Below are positions 1 to 8,700 of a DNA stretch of 21,577 nucleotides, in pieces (within the stretch, counting starts at the first letter, position 1; each line of letters starts with the position of its first letter). The notes under the pieces were generated by a model, which saw nothing but the letters and a program-made list of their open reading frames with translations, was not told the origin of the DNA and made no database searches. The stretch is from the IMG/VR virus record IMGVR_UViG_3300044824_000100, positions 64,001 through 85,577 of that record; one strand, given 5' to 3'. The position numbers and the translations under genes were made by a program. Source of the DNA: a virus (taxonomy: Duplodnaviria > Heunggongvirae > Uroviricota > Caudoviricetes).

Positions 1-1
1 C

Positions 2-550
2 GTTGCGCTCGGTGGATTCTTCTCTAGCACAGTAGGACAAATTACAAATATACTTAATCAAGCTAATAAAGCGGTCAGTGCTATCAGTGGACTTTTTGGT
101 GGAACTAGCGGTCAAGCGCAACCTGAAACTGGCATTTACACCAATCAAACAGGTTATCTTGCATTTCACAATCTATACCGCTTTCTGTTAAAATATAAAA
201 AAGACGCTGCTGGTGTAGAAAATGGTGGTACGCCAAGAGCTAGACATCCTCTAACATTCTTTAATTATAAAGACGGCAACGAGTATGATGTTGCCATTAG
301 GAATTTTGTACTTAGGAGAAGCGCTGAGAACCCTATGATGTATTACTACTCTATTACCATGAGAGCTTACAACATACGCAGCGCAGGGCAGCAGTTGCAA
401 GTCACTGAGGATTTAACGCAGCGTCTGAGTGATCTTGGTCTTAATGGTGTAAAATCTTCGTCATTACTCTCTAGCATCTCTAGCATCTCCAATTCTGCCA
501 AAGCTATCGTTGGATCAGCGGTAAATGGCGTTAACTTATTTGGTAAGTAA
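2..550 (+). CDS. 5'-truncated phage tail/baseplate protein, probably hub or tail-tube-initiator-like (>=182 aa visible)
   Basis: Frame 2 is open from position 2 to the TAA at 548-550 (VALGGFFSSTVGQ...LTFFNYKDGNEYDVAIRNFVLRRSAENPMMYYYSITMRAY...), so the 335 start in the ORF track is internal. The beta-rich 'FFNY..G.EY.V....F.L.RS.E.P..Y.Y.I.M' segment resembles tube-initiator/hub proteins that precede LysM and gp25 genes. The function is inferred mainly from synteny. Confidence 0.55.
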   Translation, partial: VALGGFFSSTVGQITNILNQANKAVSAISGLFGGTSGQAQPETGIYTNQTGYLAFHNLYRFLLKYKKDAAGVENGGTPRARHPLTFFNYKDGNEYDVAIRNFVLRRSAENPMMYYYSITMRAYNIRSAGQQLQVTEDLTQRLSDLGLNGVKSSSLLSSISSISNSAKAIVGSAVNGVNLFGK

Positions 551-551
551 C

Positions 552-2150
552 ATGTCAACACTTGCCCAATCTTATCAAAGTATTGCTAACATAAATACGT
601 GGTTTAAACTGCAAAACGGTACTGCTTTGAATCTTGCAGATATTCCCTCTATCATTCCCCTAAGGTGGACATATTTTGCTCAGAATTGGAATCAGTTATT
701 ACCTACCCTGTTAATCCAAGTCCCTGGATATATATATCCAGATCTTTTTCAACAGCAATTAAATGACTTCACCAACTTTATAAACTTGCAAAGAAATAGT
801 ACCTCAATCATAAATCCACTATCAAATGGATCTACGCTTTATAGGTTTTACACTGTGTTTGATAACATATCTATAAATTCTATAAATCTCACTGTTCAAG
901 AGCAAACTATCGTTACGAATACCACTACTGCAATTTCGCAGTATGGCAAGAATGATTTTCTAGCGCAGCAAGCAAACATTATTTCATACCGAGATGCGTA
1001 TGCAGATACCGTTGGCCTAGAAGATCCTACTTATAACAGTACCTTTAACAGAAGTTCAATACCCCAGCAAACTACCGCAGTTGTAGCAGATAGCTCATAC
1101 CTCGCAACACTGCAGGCGTCAATACAGTCGGTAGATTTCATCCTTGCAAACCTATTCGCAGTCGATACTGCTGTAGACCCATTCGCTCTTGCAAGAGCGA
1201 ATGCTAACAATCCTGCTATAGATATAACCCCTTATTCATCTGGACAACTAGTTAGATTTCAATATGGCGATGATCTTGAATCACTTGCAACTCGATATCT
1301 AGGCGATCCTAACAAATGGATTGACATTGCACTTGCAAACGGTTTGCAACCTCCATATATAGACGAAGTTGGTCAAACTGTACCTCTACAAACAAATGCC
1401 GATGGAAACCAAATCAACATAGCAGCAACCGATGCACAAGGTAATGACAACAGTGAGAAGTTCTACGTAAATCAGACGATCTTTTTGCAGTCGTCTTCTC
1501 TACCATTTCCAAATCAAAGAAATATCACTAACATCAACATTAACCCAGTCACAAGTGACTTAGTTTTGACTTTATCAGGAACAGCTAACTTAGGTGAGTA
1601 TACAACTGCACAAAATGCATCTGTGTTGGTATATGCGCCGGACACAGTTAATAGTGCACTGTTCATACTCATTCCATCTACTGAACCATTACCAAACAAC
1701 AGGCAAGAAACTGTACCTTGGTTCTTAGCGTCTGCCGCTCAGGACGAGAAACAAATGGGGATCGACCTATTATTGGGTGAGAACGACGATTTAGTCTTTA
1801 CTCCTAACCATGATCTTAGTCTTAGTTATAGTCTTCAAAACGCTGTACAAGCTATGAGGTTAAAGATAGTCACAGAACTTGGAGAACTTAGATACCATCA
1901 AAGTTTTGGACTGATTAACATAGTTGGTAATAAAAACAACAACTTAGATGGTATAAAGAACTCAATCACTAACTCCCTGACATTGAGTGTGTCCCAGGAT
2001 AGTAGGTTTGACCGTATAGAGACACTTAACATATACTACATAGCAAATCAAAATGTGGCTTCGACCTTTGTCATCAGCATGGAGGTGAGGCTTGCGGGTG
2101 GTAGTAACCAGGTGATTCCTATTAGTTTTAACATCAACTACTCAACGTAG
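552..2150 (+). CDS. Baseplate wedge protein: LysM/tail-X-like domain fused to a C-terminal gp25/gpW-like domain (532 aa)
   Basis: ATG at 552 follows the upstream TAA by 1 nt. LysM-like motif GQLVRFQYGDDLESLATRYLGDPNKWIDIALANGL. C-terminal gp25/DUF2634-like motif MGIDLLLGENDDL...LQNAVQAMRLKIVTELGELRYHQSFGL...QDSRFDRIETL. Lies just upstream of baseplate J. Confidence 0.8.
   Translation: MSTLAQSYQSIANINTWFKLQNGTALNLADIPSIIPLRWTYFAQNWNQLLPTLLIQVPGYIYPDLFQQQLNDFTNFINLQRNSTSIINPLSNGSTLYRFYTVFDNISINSINLTVQEQTIVTNTTTAISQYGKNDFLAQQANIISYRDAYADTVGLEDPTYNSTFNRSSIPQQTTAVVADSSYLATLQASIQSVDFILANLFAVDTAVDPFALARANANNPAIDITPYSSGQLVRFQYGDDLESLATRYLGDPNKWIDIALANGLQPPYIDEVGQTVPLQTNADGNQINIAATDAQGNDNSEKFYVNQTIFLQSSSLPFPNQRNITNININPVTSDLVLTLSGTANLGEYTTAQNASVLVYAPDTVNSALFILIPSTEPLPNNRQETVPWFLASAAQDEKQMGIDLLLGENDDLVFTPNHDLSLSYSLQNAVQAMRLKIVTELGELRYHQSFGLINIVGNKNNNLDGIKNSITNSLTLSVSQDSRFDRIETLNIYYIANQNVASTFVISMEVRLAGGSNQVIPISFNINYST
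1245..1361 (+). other. LysM-like (P2 gpX / T4 gp53-type) domain
   Basis: GDDLESLATRYLGDPNKWIDIALANGL matches the G-D-x-L-x-x-L-A-x-x-Y-x-G-x-x-x-x-W-x-x-I-A-x-x-N tail LysM pattern. Confidence 0.75.
1755..2150 (+). other. gp25/gpW-like sheath-initiator domain
   Basis: 'IDLLL...DL.......L..SLQNAVQAMRLKI.TELGEL.YH.SFG' followed by '...DSRF.RI..L' is the typical gp25/XkdS pattern. Confidence 0.75.
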
Positions 2151-2156
2151 TTTGAA

Positions 2157-2166
2157 GTAGAATAGA
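2157..2166 (+). promoter_or_regulatory. Putative -10 promoter element GTAGAATAGA; TAGAAT ends 6 nt before the HNH ATG
   Basis: The identical 10-mer occurs at 13003-13012 with the same spacing to the ATG. TAGAAT is a -10-like hexamer. No clear -35 is visible. Confidence 0.45.
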
Positions 2167-2169
2167 AGT

Positions 2170-2751
2170 ATGGAAGTTAAAATCTGCTCTAATAAAAGCT
2201 GTGCCCACATTGGGATGCAACCATTGGAAGCGTTTAACAAAAGTTCGCGCGCAAAAGATGGACGTCAACAGTTTTGTAAGGTTTGCAGTAACTTAAAGAA
2301 AAAAGAGTGGTATTTGGCCAACAAGGATAAAGAGTTGACCAAGATTAGAAATTACCAGCAAGATAACAGGGCACATCTAGCTCAAAAACACAATGAATAT
2401 ACAAAACTTCGTAAGAGGCAAGATCCGACATTTAAGATTGCTTGTAACTTAAGAACACGTGTTAATGAAGTTATAAGTGGAAAAAACAAAAAAGGATCTG
2501 CTATTAAGGATCTTGGGTGCTCTGTAAGAGAACTCAAAACATACTTAGAATCCAAATTTCAACCAGGAATGACTTGGGATAATCATAGTCAACATGGTTG
2601 GCACCTAGATCATATTAAGCCATTAGTAGATTTTAACTTAGAAGATACAGAACAGTTTAAACAAGCCTGTCATTACACTAACTTACAGCCATTGTGGGCC
2701 GAAGATCATGTTGTAAAAACAGCAATTGAAAATCAAAATAGAGTTAAATAA
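2170..2751 (+). CDS. Free-standing HNH homing endonuclease with N-terminal Cys zinc ribbon (193 aa)
   Basis: N-terminal CSNKSC...CKVC. C-terminal 'LGCS..ELK.YLESKF.PGMTWDN....WHLDHIKPL..F.L.......ACHYTNLQPLWAEDH', an HNH-type nuclease family common in environmental phages and large DNA viruses. Lys-rich. Hand-counted GC is about 35%. It interrupts a structural operon. Confidence 0.85.
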   Translation: MEVKICSNKSCAHIGMQPLEAFNKSSRAKDGRQQFCKVCSNLKKKEWYLANKDKELTKIRNYQQDNRAHLAQKHNEYTKLRKRQDPTFKIACNLRTRVNEVISGKNKKGSAIKDLGCSVRELKTYLESKFQPGMTWDNHSQHGWHLDHIKPLVDFNLEDTEQFKQACHYTNLQPLWAEDHVVKTAIENQNRVK

Positions 2752-5700
2752 TGGCGTCACAAATCCAAATCCAGAGCTTCAATCAGTTTCTTGGTGCCAT
2801 GATACGTAGTATTATTGCCAATACCCCTCTGAATGATGTTAATCAGGGGTCTGTGCTTTTAACAATTCTCGAAGCTGCTGCTGCAAATGATTACGAGAAC
2901 TCGGCTGCTATCCTTTCACTACTTAACCTATTAAACATAGCTACAGTTTCTGGTACTGACCTTGATAACAGGGCTGCTGACTATGGTTTGACTCGTTATC
3001 CGGCTACGAAGGCCTCTGGCAATGTAAGCATCTTCAATACAAGCATAACTCTTCAGAGTACAAGTCTGTACATCCTTAAGCCACCACCTATTGCCAGCCA
3101 AACTGTACTATATGTGAACAATACCACTGGGTGGGCAGCGTCCGGAACTCTGTACATAGGCAGAGGCACCATATCATTTGAAGGGCCTATTCCGTACAGC
3201 TCTATCGTTGCGTACCCAACGTATTCACAGATTAATCTTTCGTCTGCCCTAAACAACAACCATCTCATCTCAGATACTGTTGTAAACGCCCAGGGTCAAC
3301 CGGATCGCGTCATTGCGGCAGGAACGGTCGTTAGCATACCTGCGAACAATCAGAACCCTCAGATTGATTATAGCACTCTGAGAGACGCCATTCTACCAGC
3401 CGGCGAAACTGAGGTTGACAACATAGCTGCAACGGCCGCAGTAGCAGGCTCCATCGGCAATGCCCCTAACAACACTATCACTCAGTTTGCAACATCTCCT
3501 TTCCCAGGGGCCAAGGTGTCCAATACATCAGCTTTCACTGGCGGAACAGACGTGGAAACTGACCAGGAACTTAGGGACAGAATCAACTCTTACACTAACA
3601 CCCTAGCTAGAGGCACAGAGGCAGCAATATTGGCAGCCGTTATCAACGTGTCGGATTCGAGTGACAACAAGCAGGTCGCCTCTGCCGTTATCACCGAACC
3701 ACCAAGCCTTGGCCAGCCGTCTATCCTATACATCGATGACGGTACCGGCTTCCAGCCTTCGTATGCGGGTCAATCCGTAGACACACTACTCACTGATGCT
3801 ACCGGCAAGGAACAGTTCTTGCAGCTAGCTAACTTTCCAGTAACTAGACCCCAAGTTGTCAATGCTGGTATTGGACCATTCGACCTAGTGCCGGGTTCAT
3901 CTCTGAGCGTCTCTGTCGATGGTCAAGAAGAGACTATATTTTTTACTACAGCGGACTTCGTCAATATATCTTCGGCTCAAGTAGGCGAAATCGTCGTTGC
4001 AATAAACAGCCAAGCAACATTGTTCAGCGCCAGGTTAACAAACAATTCAGCTAACATACTAATCTATCCAGACGCGTGGGATGCGGAGATAATTCAGGTT
4101 GCTGCATTGCTACCTACGGCAGATGCGTCGCTGTATGCAAACTCGGTACTACAGTTTCCAACGTCTCAATTTTCGTTCATCGCACTGTACCAGAATACGA
4201 CAAGGCTCAGAGAGAAGACCATAAGTGCAGAGCTTCAAACAGCTCCTTTCGGATCATGGAACATCACTAGTCCTGGCGATCTCATAATCTCGGTAGACAA
4301 TACACCTCAGCAGGATAGAACATTCAACTTGAGCAACTTCCCTGGCGCATCAACGTTTGCGTCGTTAACGCTTGCTGATTGGGTCACTGCATTCAACCAG
4401 CAATTTGCCGGCATTACGGCTACGGCTACTCCGGATCAAACTATGCAGATCAACTCTAATCAGAGTGGATCTGCATCAGCACTAAGCATCTTAGGTGGCA
4501 CAATGCTTGCCCAGTTATTTCCTACCCAGGCCAAGACTGCCGTTGGTCAGACTGGCCAGTTCATATTGAACAGACAGACAGGAAATCTAGAGATACTTAC
4601 AACTATCAATCCTGGCGATAACATAACAGCTGGTTCCGCGGACACTAAGGGCTTCATCATCTCTACGTCTACGCCTAGCGGTAACTACAATGTATCGACC
4701 GATGCGTTTGGGCGCGCTGCCCAACTCATCATAGTTGCTGATTCAACATACTGCACACAGCGTGCATTGAATGCGCCTGTAGGTTCGACCCTGACAATAA
4801 GCAATCCAAGTGGCAACGTGATGAGAATCATGTCGAACTTGCTAACTGCTTTCCCAGCTGTACTACCTGGCGATTTCGTCTACATGACGCAAAGAACCAG
4901 CGGATGGTTAGCACCTAACAATGCAGGTCTATTTAAGATAGTCGACAAGGGTTCTCACACTACTCCAGGTGTAGATACATACATCGATGTACTAAACGCA
5001 GGAGACCTAGCAACTCCAAGTATCACTCCTCAGGTTGTCACCATCGCAGACACCCTTGATATACAGGCTTTTACGACCGACGGGTATCCTCAGATCTGGT
5101 TGGGTACCTTCCTTACGAATCCACCAGTTTCGTCTCTGTCGAGCGTAGTCAATTCTATAAATGACAACATCATCAACGTTATAGCATCTATATACGAGTC
5201 TAACTCTATTAAGTTAACATCAACAACAGAGAACAACGGTTCTATAGCTATCCCTGTCGTAATGGGTAGCAACGCGCTAGCATTGTTTGCATCTACTCCG
5301 CTAGCATTGTTTGGCAATCCACCGTTGACAGCATCTATCGTGTCTAGCAAGAGTTTGCTAACGCACTTCAAGATTGACCCAACTACTAACAAGAATACAT
5401 GGTTGAATAGACAAGTATTCGATGACTCTAAGGGAACTCTCACGGCTAATGCAATCCCTGATGTGCCTCCATACTCAGGACCTTACAGTGAAGTATTGGA
5501 ATGCACCGGTGAACTCAACACGACACATGTTGACTTCGATAGCATTATCTCGTTCACAGACGGGAACAACAAAGACCAACTGAGAAGCATCGCAGCTTTT
5601 AACCCAGTTGGATATCCTTCTGACACTGTCGGCACGCAGGAAGCATTAGCCAGGACGAGTCTCGACAACGTGATCGGCGACCAGTTTGAAATTCTCAGAC

Positions 5701-8700
5701 CTCTGCAGCTCTCTGCTACGGACTCGATCGCTATGGTGATCGACGAGAATCCTCAGAACAATACTATCAATATTCCTCTGGCAAGAACTGGTCAGGTAAA
5801 CTCAGGCTCTGATTCGTTGTCGTTTCCCCCAACATCCACCGAGTTTTCTGCTAATGACTATGACAACCAAGCTGGTATCGACTTCTCTAATCAGAACGTC
5901 TGGGGCACAGCCATCAATGGCACCAACTTTAGTGACTATGCTGCATGGTTCAGAGCTAGAAACTGGTATGCTTCCGGCGGCGTTGGCTCCGGCAAGGGCG
6001 TCATGATAATGAGAGCTGACGAGTACGGTCCAGATGGGGACTTCTTGCGCTTCAACATGCAGTATCCTTCTGCACCTAACCAAGCTGCTACGACATCGTT
6101 TGTCAACACACCGTCGTTCACCACCTTTTCATATATATTCGGTTCGGGAGCGGCAAGAGCTACAGCACTGTCGACCGGTAATACAATCACGGTGAAGGGT
6201 CCATACCCTAATGCGTCTACCAACTTCCCTGATGGAGCTGTTTCTAGCGGAAACTACTACGACTACACATTCAGTGCTGGTAGTTTAACGTCTGTACAGA
6301 TCGGTGACATCATAAGCATAACTTCTCCTTCTGGCGTATCTAACTCTAACAGCGGTACATACAGCGTGCAGAATATTAGCGGGAATACCGTACGTGTGCT
6401 CAATGCTACTGCCTCTGTAACGTCGCCAGGATCACCGGAAGTCGACACGATCACCACTGTTGCCGATATTTTGGGCACTCCTACATCGTACGCGCTAACT
6501 GCCGTAGCAGATGTAAGCGGTTCACTCAATGGAACATATTTCTTGATCTACAATACAGCAGGATCCGTAGCGGTGTGGATCAATGAGGGTGGAACTGCTG
6601 CACCACCTTCCATCGGAGCCAATTCCTACCTCATGGTGGGCACGATCCTGTCTGGTGATTCTGCATCCACTGTTGCCACTAAGATAGTTCAAGCCATAAA
6701 TCAGAGCAGTTCATTTACAGCAACTGTAAGTGGTCCTACGATGATGATTACCAACGTTCAGAACGGCGCTTTGCCTAGTGCCACCACCGGTACATCTGGC
6801 TTTTCGATGTCGACCCCTTCTGCCCTAGCAACTGCTTCTGGCTTTGCTGTATTGGGCGCATCAACAGTTACCAACACAGGCTCGAGCGTTCTTACTGGGA
6901 ACCTTGGTCTATATCCTGGAACATCTATTACCGGCTTCCCACCAGGGACGTATTCCGGAACCGAATACATAGCAAACTCTGTAGCACAGACGGCGCAAGC
7001 CGATGCTCTATCCGCATATAACACATTCAACGCAATGAGTGCAACTTCAATCTCTGCAACCCTTGATAGTCAGACTCTTACTCCTGGCGTATACACAGAA
7101 TCTAGCGGCACTTTCAACTTGGCGGCATCTGGTCCAGGCACATTAACATTGAATGGCTCCGGTACATATGTATTCATCTGCTCAAGCACACTAAATACAG
7201 GCGCTGGCGGCGCAGCAACTATAACCCTTACTGGCGGTGCATCAGCAGCCAACGTCTACTGGATTGTTCGTTCATCGGCTACTATCAATGTAACAACTGG
7301 CAGCGTATTCAACGGTAACGTCCTAGCACAAGCAAGCATCACAGTTGGCGGGAGCACGGTGAACGGCACTCTAGCAGCTCTGACTGCTGCAGTTACTATT
7401 AGCACTGCTGCCACCATCACGGCTGCATCAATATCTGGTGGTTCTGGCGTAGTTGGCACCAACAATGATTCGTTGAGCGGTAAGTATTTCATCGTTTACG
7501 ACAACGGTGGTCCAGTATCTATCTGGTTTGACGTTGGTAATCAAGGTACTCCAGAGCCATACGACGGGTCATACAGGTCCATCAGAGTATTCAACTTGAG
7601 TGCAGGAGCTAACGCAACAACCGTAGCTCTGGCCATAGTGCAAGCTGTCACCGGTGATATATCGTTCATACCAACGTCGACTAGCAACGTTGTCACTCTC
7701 ACTAATAATTTTAATGGAAATGTTCCCGCTGGAAATGCTGGAACATCTGGGTTTACGGTCACCTCAACTCCTGGATCGCTGGCTAACCCAGAAGTGATCA
7801 ACAACCCAAACGGCGTAAACATGTTCCCTCTAGTGGGAACTACGACGGCTAGCATCTCTACGACCATAAATAATAGCTCGGTCATGTCTGCTACACCAGT
7901 TGGATCAAGTTCTCTAACCATCTCCCTAGCTACACAGGAAGAAACTTCTGCTACGCTGGCGTACGGATTTACTCCTGGACATAACTACATCAGCATGTAC
8001 GATGGTGCAAACTGGATTAAGTCATTTGAGAACCCAAATCCTAACTTCATAACCAAGACGCCATTTGTACTACAAGGCGCACAGCCATCTGTCTATTCCA
8101 TGGATACGGCTCCCAACTTTGATGTTCCAACCAATGGAGAGTTATTCAAACTTATTCCAACTACAGTACAGAACTTATATCACCAGTTTACACAGCCAGC
8201 ACTCTCCCAGCTCCCTATCGTTGCAACGGTTGAAATCACCGATGACAGGAGAAATGTACAAATTAAGTCCATGCAACTTGGTTCTTCCGGTGCAGTAGAA
8301 GTCCTTGGCGGTACAGGCAATCAGATCCAGATGTACCTGCAATCTGAATCTGAAATTGAAACAGACTCTAGCGGAAGTTACCTAACGGTTCAGGTCCAGG
8401 CATTCCCAGATACATTTAGTGTGGGCGATACTGTATTACTTGAGAACTCTACTGGCGTAGCGAGATTGAATCGCTTGCAAGCTTCAGATACAATTACAAC
8501 CCTGAACATCAATCCGATCACGAATGCCATCGAGTATGCGTACAACGCCAAAGTTACAGGCATCGCTTCCGGAACATCGTTTACCATCGTTGACGTATCT
8601 TCAACGTACTCTATCCCCGCTGGTTTCGTATGGAGATGGATTGCAACAGGAATCGGAGTAACATTCGCTGACGTTAATCCTGGCGATCTCATTTATGCGT

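Noticed and set aside
335-550. 71-aa ORF starting at 335
   Set aside because: The frame is open from position 2, so this is the tail of a longer gene that starts before the window.
525-551. Start at 525 for the LysM-gp25 gene
   Set aside because: It would overlap the upstream CDS by 26 nt. The ATG at 552, 1 nt after the upstream stop, fits the coupling seen at the other junctions.
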